A DNA stretch of 64,000 nt from Eledone cirrhosa (taxonomy: Eukaryota), in the NCBI GenBank assembly GCA_964016885.1, contig OZ024742.1, forward strand, positions 187,054,001 to 187,118,000. Reading direction: 5' to 3'. How positions within the stretch are numbered: position 1 is the stretch's first letter; each line of letters opens with the position of its first letter. Below are positions 1 to 11,719 of the stretch, in pieces. The notes beneath the pieces were generated by a model, which was not told the origin of the DNA, made no database searches, and saw only the letters and a list, made by a program, of their open reading frames with translations. A program made the translations under genes and the position numbers.

Positions 1-659
1 GGCCAGCCCACTGTGCAGGATCTGTGGAGAGAGAGAGGAGACTGTGGCTCACATTGTGTCCGAGTGTAAACACCTAGCCCAGACCCACTATAAGGGCTGG
101 AGACACGATGTGATGGGCAGGGTGATCCACTGGCACCTGTGCAAAGTAAACAATCTACAACATTCTGAGAAATGGTATGAGCATAGGCCAGAGGCGGTGA
201 TGGAGAACAATCAGGTGAAGGTGCTGTGGGATTTTAGGATACAGACGGACAAATAACTGGAACACAATAGACCTGACCTGGTGGTTGTGGACAAAGAAAA
301 AAGATCGTGCCTGATTGTGGATGTGGCCTGCCCGTTCGACATGAGAGTGCAAGAGAAGGAGAGGGAGAAAATTAACCGATACCAGGACCTAAAGTGGGAG
401 GTGAAAAGGATTTGGAACTGCCATGAAGTCAAAGTGATCCCGATTGTCATAGGCGCACTGGGGACTATCTCCAAAGGTTTCCAGGGATGGTTAAAGAAAA
501 TCGGCCCCTTCACGCTTTTTGGAACGCTTCAAAAGGCATGCTTGCTTGGAACAGCAAGAACCCTCCGATACGTCCTGAATATCTGAGGCTGCAGGTAGTG
601 GCTTGATATTCAATCCAACGGACTTTCCAGTTAACCAACATCAATGACTGAGATTCAAG

Positions 660-660
<1 letters not shown>
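1..660 (+). mobile_element. R4/Dong-clade (RLE) non-LTR retrotransposon family A, 3' part (cut by window edge)
   Basis: CCHC knuckle CRICGEREETVAHIVSEC, RHD, RPDLVVVD..LIVDVACP..K..RYQDL restriction-like endonuclease. Premature TAA at 254-256 (AAA in the 14068 copy). 3' UTR ends GATTCAAGG directly on (AAT)n. Confidence 0.9.
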
Positions 661-699
<39 letters not shown>

Positions 700-766
700 G
701 ATAATGATAATAATAATAATAAAGACGACAAGAACAAGAACAAGAACAACAACAACAATAATAATG

Positions 767-810
<44 letters not shown>
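661..810. repeat. (AAT)n/(AAC)n microsatellite spacer (retrotransposon target)
   Basis: Direct reading. Similar tracts at ~2172-2235, 3850-3900, 7997-8018, 14037-14067, 14812-14853, 15512-15557 and 17957-17980 separate the elements. Confidence 0.95.
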
Positions 811-813
<3 letters not shown>

Positions 814-814
<1 letters not shown>

Positions 815-2170
815 GGATCGATGCCATAAACACGCTTGCCATACCAGTAGTAACCTACAGTTACAATGTCATCAACTGGTCAAGCACAGAGATCCGTAGG
901 CTCGATACAAAAATCCGAAAATTCTTAACCATGCACAGAATGCATCACCCTCAGGCAGACATAGATAGAATATATCTCCCTAGGAAAGAAGGAGGACGTG
1001 GGTTAATCCAGTTAGACATTGCGTTGAAAACTGCAACAATTGGATTATCCACATATCTAAGGGAATCACATGATTGTATGATCAAACTCGTTTTGAAACA
1101 CGAAAGCACCAAAAGATCATATTCCATTACAAAAGATGCACAAAGATACAGTAATGGACTACAAATTTCAGAAGTCCCATTTACTGCTGAAATGGAAAAC
1201 ACAGAAAAAGCAAAGCAGGTAAAAGTAACTGCAAAGAAAGAACTGCTACAGAAACTGGCTAAGAAATGGCAAGAAAAGCCTCTGTATGGAAAATACCCAG
1301 AGCGAGCTAACAATCCTGATGTTGACAAAACTTTAACCCATCAGTGGATGGCATCCTCTGGACTGAAATCAGAGATTGAAGGACTGATTATATCGGCACA
1401 AGATCAGTGTCTGCCAACAAAAAATTACCAAGCCAACATAATAAAAAATGGGTGCAGCCCATTATGCCGTGTATGCAAAAAACAACCAGAGACCATTGAC
1501 CATATAATTTCAATGTGCAGTCCTATAGCTCCAACCGAATACCTAAACAGGCATGACAGAGCTGCACAATACATACATTGGATAATGTGTAAGCATTTTG
1601 ACCTGCCCCATCAAAAGAATTGGTGGGAGCATCAACCACCTCCCATACTTGAAAAAGATCACATCTCAATCTTGTGGAACTTTAGCATCCAAACAGACCG
1701 AAAAATAGATGCAAATAGACCTGATATAATATTGAAGGACTTTCAAAGGAGGGTATGCCTGCTAATTGATATGTCTGTTCCAATAGACAAGAATGTATCT
1801 ATAAAAACATTTGAAAAATTGAGCAAGTATAAGGACCTGGAGATAGAAATTGGAAAAATGTGGAAATTGAGAACTAAAACAATACCAGTGGTTGTAGGCG
1901 CTCTGGGAATGATACCTAAGGGGTCTAACGACTACTTATCGCAAATCCCAGGAAACCGGCGTATAGGAGAAATACAAAAGATAGTACTAATGGGAACTGC
2001 CAAATACTAAGGAAGATCCTGTCAATATAAGTACATCACAAGTCTAAACACTAAGGATGCATGTGTGAATATGTATGTTCTTTCTTGAACATGGCGGACC
2101 TTGTTGTCTCTTGAGGTCACTGGTTGTGACTTGGTGATAACTCGTATGAACATAAAGCAAGATAAATGCA

Positions 2171-2171
<1 letters not shown>
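814..2171 (+). mobile_element. R4/Dong-clade family B, 5'-truncated copy
   Basis: ORF 931-2010 nearly identical to the C-terminus of 5258-7852 (CRVCKKQPETIDHIISMC, RHD, RPDIIL RLE). Frameshift near the stop. 3' UTR then (TAA)n. Confidence 0.93.
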
Positions 2172-2214
<43 letters not shown>

Positions 2215-2235
2215 TAATAATAATAATAATAATAA

Positions 2236-3848
2236 CGCCAAAGCAACGTTCACGGACTAGATAAATGCGCCAAAGCAACGTTCACCAGAGGAAAGCTGCT
2301 GAAGAGTTCAGACATTAATCTTGATCGGGGGAACGTGATAAGAGAACTTGATCAAGAAAAAACTTACAAATATCTAGGTGTTTGTGAAGGAGACGGAATC
2401 AAGCACTCGACAATGAGGGAAAGGATAAGGAAGGAATGTTACCGCAGAGTCAGAGCAATCTTAAAAACGGAATTGAATGCAAGGAATAGGATCGATGCCA
2501 TAAATACGCTTGCCATACCAGTAGTAACCTACAGTTACAACGTCATCAACTGGTCAAGCACAGAGATCCGTAGGCTCGATACAAAAATACGAAAATTCTT
2601 AACCATGCACAGAATGCATCACCCTAAAGCAGATATATATAGAATATATCTACCTAGGAAAGAAGGAGGACGTGGGTTAATCCAGTTAGACACTGCGTTG
2701 AAAACTGCAACAATTGGATTATCTACATATCTAAGGGAATCACATGTTTGGATGATCAAACTCGTTTTGAAACACGAAAGCATCAAAAGATCATATTCCA
2801 TTACAAAAGATGCACAACGATACAGTAATGGACTACAAATTTCAGAAGTCCCATTTACTGCTGAAATGGAAAACACAGAAAAAGCAAAGCAGGTAAAAGT
2901 AACTGCAAAGAAAGACCTGCTACAGAAACTGGCTAAGACATGGCAAGAAAAGCCTCTGTATGGAAAATACCCAGAGCGAGCTAACGATCCTGATGTTGAC
3001 AAAACTTTAACCCATCAGTGGTTGGCATCCTCTGGACTGAAATCGGAGACTGAAGGACTGATTATATCGGCACAAGATCAGTGTCTGCCAACAAACAATT
3101 ACCAAGCCAACATAATAAAAAATGGGTGCAGCCCATTATGCCGTGTATGCAAAAAACAACCAGAGACCATTGACCATATAATTTCAATGTGCAGTCCTAT
3201 AGCTCCAACCGAATACCTAAACAGGCATGACAGAGCTGCACAATACATACATTGGATAATGTGTAAGCATTTTGACCTGCCCCATCAAAAGAATTGGTGG
3301 GAGCATCAACCACATCCCATACTTGAAAAAGATCACATCTCAATCTTGTGGAACTTTAGCATCCAAACAGACCGAAAAATAGATGCAAACAGACCTGATA
3401 TAATATTGAAAGACTTTCAAAAGAGGGTATGCCTGCTAATTGATATGTCTGTTCGAATAGACAAGAATGTATCTATAAAAACATTTGAAAAATTGAGCAA
3501 GTATAATGACCTGGAGATAGAAATTGGAAAAATGTGGAAATTGAGAACTAAAACAATACCAGTGGTTGTAGGCGCTCTGGGAATGATACCTAAGGGGTCT
3601 AATGATTACATATCGCAAATCCCAGGAAACCCGCGTATAGGAGAAATACAAAAGATAGTACTAATGGGAACTGCCCATATATTAAGGAAGATTCTGTCAA
3701 TATAAGTACATCACAAGTCTAAACACTAAAGATGCATGTGTGAATATGTATGTTCTTTCTTGAACATGGCGGACCTTGTTGTCTCTTGAGGTCACTGGTT
3801 GTGACTTGGAGATAACTCGTATGAACATAAAGCAAGATAAATGCAACT

Positions 3849-3849
<1 letters not shown>
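2236..3849 (+). mobile_element. R4/Dong-clade family B, 5'-truncated copy
   Basis: ORF 2335-3705 covers RT thumb (YKYLG), Zn knuckle and RLE. 3' UTR ends ATGCAACTG then (TAA)n. Confidence 0.93.
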
Positions 3850-3900
<51 letters not shown>

Positions 3901-3902
<2 letters not shown>

Positions 3903-3960
3903 TGTAATGCACTGGTGGATTGCTGGCCTTGTGCCTGGAGTGGAGACAATTATTAATAAT
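3901..3960 (+). mobile_element. 3' tail fragment of the local tRNA-derived SINE
   Basis: GTAATGCACTGG..TTGCTGGCCTTGTGCC..ACAATTAT matches SINE tails at ~61621, ~61790 and ~62724. Confidence 0.65.
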
Positions 3961-4206
3961 TTCATTCTTAAGCCACGCACTCCTCACATTAAGGAACCAC
4001 TCATGATAATAACAATTTAAAAAAACAACAAAAAGAAAATCCCGTGACCAAGAAATACCGGGATGGCGGCCGGCGGGGAATAGCCGTGTCTCTAGGGGAG
4101 AACGACCCCTCTAGTCTTGGTTGACACTCGTTCTAGAAGTGGTAACACGAAATGATTACCCCTTGGCGGATAAGGATAAAACGCGACAAAATAAAGTAAA
4201 TGTCTA

Positions 4207-5250
4207 ATGATAAAATCTCATACCGGATCGGCCGTAACCCGGGTAAAAAAAGGGCCGCGTCCCTCAGAGAGGAACCAGACTGGGGTCGAAAAATCAGCTA
4301 ATGGTTCAAACCTTCCCATCACTTCGGAGCTGGAGACCTCCCATAACCGGAATACTCCTACTGTTGGCCCTCCATGCTCACCACCAAGAAATCCAAAGAA
4401 AAAGAGAGAAAAATGGTCAAGGGAAGATAATAAAGAAGTTCTTGAGGCTTTCTACACTGCCATGTACTACCCATCAAATACATCGAATACAGAACAGACA
4501 TATATCAACTGGAAAAAGAAACATCCCGAAAACAGAGGCTATATTGACAGTAACAAACTAGCCAATATACGAAGAAATATTGTAAGAAAAAAGTTACTAA
4601 CTGATATAGAAATTGATCAGATCAAGCTATTAGCACAAAGTCAGCGAAGGGAAAATGAAACATGTGTCAGTGAAAACGAGGTAAACTGTAACACTTCGAA
4701 TCCCAGGGTTGGGGCGGAATCACTGGCAACAGAACAAATTAAAGAAAGGATCGAAAAAGTGGAGGGAGTGCATGCTCAGGATGAAACTCCAAATGAAAAT
4801 AATGAGATCGTAAATGATAAAGAAATGAATGAGAATGAACTTGCCAACTTGAAGGATGAAATTGTGATAGAATGGATGAAAATGAAAGAATCTGACATGG
4901 AGCAACGAGACACCCTCCCTAAGATCCAGAACTCCAAACAGAACCAAAAGATAATACACAAGACTAACATAATTCTCAAAAACATAATCATCACAAACAA
5001 ACTAAACATTACTGATTTAAATCATCTCTATTATGCATCGGCTAAAGTCACCACTCACTTATGTGGAGTGAAGATGAAAAAACAAAGGAATTCCCACAAG
5101 AAATCTACTTGGCAAGAGAACATCAATTGCCAAATAAACCTTCTCCGATCTGACATAGAAATTTTAACAAACTATAAAGTAGGTGAACATGTTAAACAAA
5201 CTAAACTTAGAAAATTGAAAAAAAAAGTACAGTATAAAATCAACATGTGA
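4207..5250 (+). CDS. N-terminal part of the R4/Dong ORF (putative Myb-like DNA-binding region)
   Basis: KKKREKWSREDNKEVLEAFY..WKKKHP..KLANIRRNIVRKKLLTDIEIDQIK resembles R4/Dong N-termini. Removing one A from the A9 run at 5218-5226 fuses it in frame to 5258-7852. Confidence 0.75.
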   Translation: MIKSHTGSAVTRVKKGPRPSERNQTGVEKSANGSNLPITSELETSHNRNTPTVGPPCSPPRNPKKKREKWSREDNKEVLEAFYTAMYYPSNTSNTEQTYINWKKKHPENRGYIDSNKLANIRRNIVRKKLLTDIEIDQIKLLAQSQRRENETCVSENEVNCNTSNPRVGAESLATEQIKERIEKVEGVHAQDETPNENNEIVNDKEMNENELANLKDEIVIEWMKMKESDMEQRDTLPKIQNSKQNQKIIHKTNIILKNIIITNKLNITDLNHLYYASAKVTTHLCGVKMKKQRNSHKKSTWQENINCQINLLRSDIEILTNYKVGEHVKQTKLRKLKKKVQYKINM

Positions 5251-5257
5251 CATAGAC

Positions 5258-7852
5258 ATGCTGATAGAAATAATCAAGCAAAAAGTGCCGGCCAAAGCTG
5301 CTCGTATAAGGCGCTTTGAAAAACGATCTAGATTCTATAAGGACAATAATATGTTCAAAACCAACCAAAGAAACTTTTACAGAAAAATTGGTAAGTCAAC
5401 AATAACTGCTAAATCAATACCACCCAAGGAGGAAGTGCAAGAATTCTGGGAAAAGATCTGGGCCGAAGAAAAAGTTCATAACATACATGCCCCATGGATA
5501 GACAGACAAATGAAAGATACAGCTCACCTTGAGGAACAAACATGGGAAAATATAACAGTTGAACAGTTGCGCTTGGCTCTAAGAAAAACCAGCAAATGGA
5601 AATCCCCAGGAAAAGACAAAATACAAAACTTTTGGATAAATGCCTTCACAGAGTCTCATGAGCTGTTAGCCCAACTTTACGATGAAATAGTTAAGGAGCC
5701 AGAAAAGATACCTTCATGGCTAGTTAACGGCATTACATTCCTGCTTCTGAAGAATGATGAGACAAACAATCCCCAAAATTACAGACCGATAACTTGCTTC
5801 ACCACAATGTATACATTTTTAACATCAGTCCTAACTGAATACACATATGACCACCTGATAACAAATGACCTATTTCCCATTGAGCAGAAAGGGTGTAAAC
5901 GAGGCTCATATGGCTGTAAGGATCAGCTTCTGGTTAACAAAATGATACTGGAAGATTGTCATAATAGACACAAAAATCTATCGATTGCTTGGATAGATTA
6001 TAAAAAAGCATTTGATAGTTTGCCACACAGTTGGATTGAAAAATGTTTAGAGATTTTCAAAATATCCCCCGTTGTCAGGAGGTTTTTGTCATTCAGTATG
6101 AAGACATGGAAAACGACACTCCTTTTGAATAGTGAAACAAAATCACTGGAAGCTGGAGAAGTTAATATTAATTGTGGAATTTTTCAGGGTGACTCTTTAT
6201 CACCGCTTTTATTCTGCATCGCACTTATACCATTAAGTAAAATGCTCAATGAAACAAAACATGGATATAAAGTCTATGACAAAACCATTAATCACCTGTT
6301 CTACATGGATGACCTGAAACTATTTGCAAAAAATGATGAACAATTGCAAGGGCTATTATCCACTGTGAAGCAGTTCAGTGATGACATTAAAATGGAGTTT
6401 GGACTAGATAAATGCGCCAAAGCAACGTTCACAAGAGGAAAGCTGCTGAAGAGTTCAGACATTAATCTTGATCGGGGGAACGTGATAAGAGAACTTGATC
6501 AAGAAAAATCTTACAAATATCTAGGTGTTTGTGAAGGAGACGGAATCAAGCACTCGACAATGAGGGAAAGGATAAGGAAGGAATGTTACCGCAGAGTAAG
6601 AGCAATCTTAAGAACGGAATTGAATGCAAGGAATAGGATCGATGCCATAAACACGCTTGCCATACCAGTAGTAACCTACAGTTACAATGTCATCAACTGG
6701 TCAAGCACAGAGATCCGTACGCTCGATACAAAAATTCGAAAATTCTTAACCATGCACAGAATGCATCACCCTAAGGCAGATATAGATAGAATATATCTCC
6801 CTAGGATAGAAGGAGGACGTGTGTTAATCCAGTTAGACATTGCGTTGAAAACTGCAACAATTGGATTATCTACATATCTAAGGGAATCACATGATTGGAT
6901 GATCAAACTCATTTTGAAACACGAAAGCATCAAAAGATCATATTCCATTACAAAAGATGCACAAAGATACAGTAATGGACTACAAATTTCAGAAGTCCCA
7001 TTTACTGCTGAAATGGAAAACACAGAAAAAGCAAAGCAGGTAAAAGTAACTGCAAAGAAAGACCTGCTACAGAAACTGGCTAAGACATGGCAAGAAAAGC
7101 CTCTGTATGGAAAATACCCAGAGCGAGCTAACGATCCTGATGTTGACAAAACTTTAACCCATCAGTGGTTGGCATCCTCTGGACTGAAATCGGAGACTGA
7201 AGGACTGATTATATCGGCCCAAGATCAGTGTCTGCCAACAAAAAATTACCAAGCCAACATAATAAAAAATGGGTGCAGCCCATTATGCCGTGTATGCAAA
7301 AAACAACCAGAGACCATTGACCATATAATTTCAATGTGCAGTCCTATAGCTCCAAGCGAATACCTAAACAGGCATGACAGAGCTGCACAATACATACATT
7401 GGATAATGTGTAAGCATTTTGACCTGCCCCATCAAAAGAATTGGTGGGAGCATCAACCACCTCCCATACTTGAAAAAGATCACATCTCAATCTTGTGGAA
7501 CTTTAGCATCCAAACAGACCGAAAAATAAATGCAAACAGACCTGATATAATATTGAAAGACTTTCAAAAGAGGGTATGCCTGCTAATTGATATGTCTGTT
7601 CCAATAGACAAGAATGTATCTATAAAAACATTTGAAAAATTGAGCAAGTATAAGGACCTGGAGATAGAAATTGGAAAAATGTGGAAATTGAGAACTAAAA
7701 CAATACCAGTGGTTGTAGGCGCTCTGGGAATGATACCTAAGGGGTCTAATGATTACTTATCGCAAATCCCAGGAAACCCGCGTATAGGAGAAATACAAAA
7801 GATAGTACTAATGGGAACTGCCCATATACTAAGGAAGATTCTGTCAATATAA
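5258..7852 (+). CDS. Reverse transcriptase, Zn knuckle and restriction-like endonuclease
   Basis: KSPGKD, YRPITC, EQKGC, WIDYKKAFDSLPH, GIFQGDSLSPLLF, HLFYMDDLKL, YKYLG, CxxC..H..C, RHD, PD..D..K..KY. Confidence 0.95.
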   Translation: MLIEIIKQKVPAKAARIRRFEKRSRFYKDNNMFKTNQRNFYRKIGKSTITAKSIPPKEEVQEFWEKIWAEEKVHNIHAPWIDRQMKDTAHLEEQTWENITVEQLRLALRKTSKWKSPGKDKIQNFWINAFTESHELLAQLYDEIVKEPEKIPSWLVNGITFLLLKNDETNNPQNYRPITCFTTMYTFLTSVLTEYTYDHLITNDLFPIEQKGCKRGSYGCKDQLLVNKMILEDCHNRHKNLSIAWIDYKKAFDSLPHSWIEKCLEIFKISPVVRRFLSFSMKTWKTTLLLNSETKSLEAGEVNINCGIFQGDSLSPLLFCIALIPLSKMLNETKHGYKVYDKTINHLFYMDDLKLFAKNDEQLQGLLSTVKQFSDDIKMEFGLDKCAKATFTRGKLLKSSDINLDRGNVIRELDQEKSYKYLGVCEGDGIKHSTMRERIRKECYRRVRAILRTELNARNRIDAINTLAIPVVTYSYNVINWSSTEIRTLDTKIRKFLTMHRMHHPKADIDRIYLPRIEGGRVLIQLDIALKTATIGLSTYLRESHDWMIKLILKHESIKRSYSITKDAQRYSNGLQISEVPFTAEMENTEKAKQVKVTAKKDLLQKLAKTWQEKPLYGKYPERANDPDVDKTLTHQWLASSGLKSETEGLIISAQDQCLPTKNYQANIIKNGCSPLCRVCKKQPETIDHIISMCSPIAPSEYLNRHDRAAQYIHWIMCKHFDLPHQKNWWEHQPPPILEKDHISILWNFSIQTDRKINANRPDIILKDFQKRVCLLIDMSVPIDKNVSIKTFEKLSKYKDLEIEIGKMWKLRTKTIPVVVGALGMIPKGSNDYLSQIPGNPRIGEIQKIVLMGTAHILRKILSI

Positions 7853-8273
7853 GTACATCACAAGTCTAAACACTAAAGATGCATGTGTGAATATGTATGT
7901 TCTTTCTTGAACATGGCGGACCTTGTTGTCTCTTGAGGTCACTGGTTGTGACTTGGTGATAACTCGTATGAACATAAAGCAAGATAAATGCAACTGTAAT
8001 AATAATAATAATAATAATATTTTTTTCTTTATTAACCACAAGGGTTTACATAAAGTAGACATTAGGACAGTACAGGACAATACAGGACGGTACAAATGGT
8101 CATTTCTGCGTGTAAAAAAAACAAAAACAGAGGATGTAACAAATAAATAACAATGAAAAATTCCCCAATAGGTGGGAGACTTCCGAGGGACATTTGTGGA
8201 GAAAGCCCATTAAAAGGCCACAGTGACCCTGACCACCAGAGCAAGTGCCCTCTCCCAGTTTTCCACCCTTAAT

Positions 8274-11200
8274 TTACAGACATATACTCAGAGTAGGCCA
8301 ATTCACTCGGGCCATAATTGTTTCTCTCACCCATCTTTCAACAAAATGTTGGGAAGAGAGCACTTTCCTCTCTACCCTGATTTTCCTTTTCAAATGAAAT
8401 TTGAAAAAGTTAATCTGGGCATCACCGAAGAGGTAAGTGCTCGTCTTCAGCCCTTTCAAACGTGTCCACCATACTATCTCTTTCGCCATGGCCACCAGAC
8501 AGATAAAAAAATGCCTGCCCTTCCCGGTTAAAGGAGAGGGCGGGGAAATCCTCACGATGGACTCAGCTGTTAGCTGCATCCGTCCTACACGTGACAGCAG
8601 GTGTTCGACATATATTCACAAGTCAGCAATGTTCGGACACTGGAGGCGTGTGTGGAGGACGGTTTCGTTGCCCTGCGCGCATCTCGGACATTCCCGGCTG
8701 ACGGCACCTCCATACCTGTAGAGTTTATCCCGAACTGGCAAGGCTCCTCTGTAGCACTGCCAGGCCAGAGATTTCTGGAAGTTGCCCTGGCCCGAAAGTT
8801 CTTCCGAAGAGATTGGCTAGTTGATTTTCGTCGACGCCTAGAGTTTCCCCAAGTACGTCGTCGCTCTTCCCCTCCACTAATCCTCTATAGAACGCCGAGG
8901 TGGAGTTTCCATCGATCACATTGCCCTATTGGTCGAGGGCTGTGAGCGCCTGAAGACATTCCAGTCTCCAGGCGCTCCCTCTCGGTCTTCGCTTGACCCA
9001 GGACTGCAGCTCCGTCAAGGAAACGAGCTGGGGAAATACGTGTCTAGCAAACGGCGACCACACCTGATCACCGTCGAGGAAGAGGTGGAGATGTCATAGC
9101 CTGAGCGCGTGCCTGCGCATCATCAGCCACGGCATGCCCAGCCCTCCACGTAGCGGGTGTTGACAACAGATGGACCGCCTGACCATCGGAGCGCGTCCCT
9201 TCCACAAAAAGCGAAAGAGCAAACGCTCCAGCGCAGTCAGGCGAGGCTTAGGACAAGGTACGACGGTCAGGCGGTAGCAGATGACAGACGCGATGTACGC
9301 GTTAGCCACCTCCGCTCGACCTTTCAGGGATAGCTTCCTCTCCGCCCATTTCTGGGTGAGAGAAGCCACCCTGCTCGTCACCTCGTCCCAGTTTTTGTCC
9401 GTCTGGAGGTCCAGACCGAACCAGAACCCTAGCAATTTAACAGGTCCGTCCGTCCAGCCTCCGACAACGCTGTTGGACGGCATGGACCTTCCTCTCCAGG
9501 TGCCGAGCTGCAGGCCCACTGACTTTTCCTGGTTGATCATTGCTCCTGTCACCGCTTCGTATTCTTTTAGTGTAGTGCCGATCGCCTCGATGTGTTTAAC
9601 GTTCGACACCACTAGGGTGACATCGTCCGCATATGCTGACACGGATCTTCCTCATCCTAGTTCGCGCGGGACGCCCCTCAACGTCTCCAGTTTGTGCAGT
9701 AATGGCTCGAGAGTCAATACGTACAAGAGGGACGAGAGGGGACATCCTTGGCGGACGGAGCGCATGATGTTGAACGGTTCCGATAGGTGACCGTTCACTC
9801 TCACCACAGAGCAGATGTCGCTGTGCATGGCAGCGATCCAGCCTCTGAAGACGGGCCCAAAGCCAGCCGACCTCAGGACTGCCGCTAGGTAACGATGGTC
9901 GACCCTATCGAAAGCTTTCGACTGATCTAAATTGATCAAGGACCCACCCGTGCCAGGTTCCCTAGCTACACTCTCTACGATGTATCGCATGAGGTGGAGG
10001 TTGTCGTGGATGGATCTGTCGGGAATGGCGCATGTCTGTGCTTCTCCCACCAGACCACCAACGACAAGCGCCGACCTCTTTGCTAGCACCTTGGCCAAAA
10101 TCTTGAACTCTGTGTTTTGCAGAGTTATGGGCCGGAAATTATCTATGTTATCCCCCTTGTTCGGATCCTTTCTCAGCAGTGCCACCGCTCCTCGGCTCAC
10201 AGAACTGGGAATTCTCCCGTTCTGTTGTCAGTTGCAGTAGACGTCCGCCAAGAGGCCTCCGAACAGGTATGGCATCTGTACGTAAAGTTCATAGGGCAGA
10301 CCATCCAAACCAGGCGATTTACCCCTTGTGCAGCCAGTTATTGCCTCCCTTACTTCAGCGGCTGTTATCGGCTTTTCGCAACACCTCGCCTCAGTGGCCG
10401 AGAGCCGCGGCAGTCCGTCGAGGTAGACACTAAAGTCCATCCCTCGACCCGGCCCACCGCTGCCGCCGAACAGTTGAACGAAGTGTCGCTGAAAAGCTTC
10501 ACACATTTTCCCGGGATCGAGTAGCATGCGCCCGTCGTGGTCCACCAAAGACCGGATCGTGGCTTTGTTGCCACGACGCGCCTCCGCCACTCGGGCCCAT
10601 TGAACGGCTTTCGTCCCCTCGTGTCTGACAGCACGCACCCTTGCTCTGACAACGCAGCCTTCGTGCTTTGCATTGAAGAATTGGTCAAGGGCCAATTTCG
10701 CCGCAAGCACGTCGGTCGCAATGCCTTTGCTAAGCGCCTCGTCTAATTTTCTAACTAGTTCTCCTTCTGCTCTATTTTTCTCTATTGCTAAAGCCTTACT
10801 AAACCTAATGGATTCTTTGCTAATCGCTCTTTTCAGAGCAAACCACCACTTGTTGTTGACGATGGCCCCCATCAACGCCCGCTTAACTAGTTCGCTAATC
10901 CGGTCTCTGTAGGCCTTGCGCGCTGGTAAGGACGCGTTAACTTCCAGTAGCCGGGTCCTCGTCTATGAAGCCTATCTAAGTCAAGCATACAAATCACGAA
11001 TTTGTGGTCCGTGTAGCTGACTATCTTGAATTGTGGACAGCCTATGCTAGACCTATCTATTTCCCTACAAAATACTCTATCTAGATATGATCTGGATGAC
11101 CCGTTCTGATTTGTCCAAGTCCACATAGGCACATTCGGGAAATCCAATCGGTACCTGTCAGACAGTTCAAAACGCCTGAGCAGGTTGGTGAGCCTCTTGC

Positions 11201-11690
11201 ACCCTCCACCCCTATCCGCTAATCCCACACAGTCCCAGCGTGCATCTAAGATCCCGTTCCAGTCGCCCACTAACACTAAAGAGCAGGACGTTCCAATAAA
11301 GGTCTCCAGACGCCGGAAGAAATCAGGCCGCCCTGCTCCTGTCGGGGCATAGACGGCCACTAGCCTGAAAGCTTGCCCGTCTCCGCTGGTCACTTCCAGC
11401 ACCACCAGCTTACCCTCTGGGTCCAGGAAGATGGCCCGTATGGCGAGATCCAAACCTCTCCGAAAAATCACAGCAACTCCTCCCCCCGATCCAGGGGGGC
11501 TGGGAGAAACGTACACATCCTAGCCGCCGAAGATCGGTGCGAAGGCCCGTGCTTCGGAGATTCTGGTCTCGCTGATGGCCACTACATCTATGTTTAGTGA
11601 CCTGAGGTCGTTGAGCAGGTGACCCTGCTTCCATGACGACTCCAAGCCACGCGCATTTATGCTGCCTATTCTGAGTGAGGTAATGTTTAA
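8274..11690 (-). pseudogene. Tx1 ORF2 (AP endonuclease plus reverse transcriptase), disrupted
   Basis: IGSINARGL..VAISETR, GGVAVIF, VYAPT, VGDWN, YLDRVF, TDHK (APE). KSPGLDGLPYELY, NFRPITL, DQSKAFDRVDH, VRQGCPLS, AYADDVT (RT). Several stops and frameshifts. Confidence 0.92.
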
Positions 11691-11719
11691 AATAGCGTGG
11701 AAAAGATGGGAAAGACCAC

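Larger units (their letters stand above)
3961..7996 (+). mobile_element. Full-length R4/Dong-clade RLE retrotransposon (family B)
   Basis: 5' UTR, one long ORF split by a single frameshift, 3' UTR, then (TAA)n. Domain order Myb-like / RT / CCHC / RLE. 5' boundary approximate. Confidence 0.92.
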
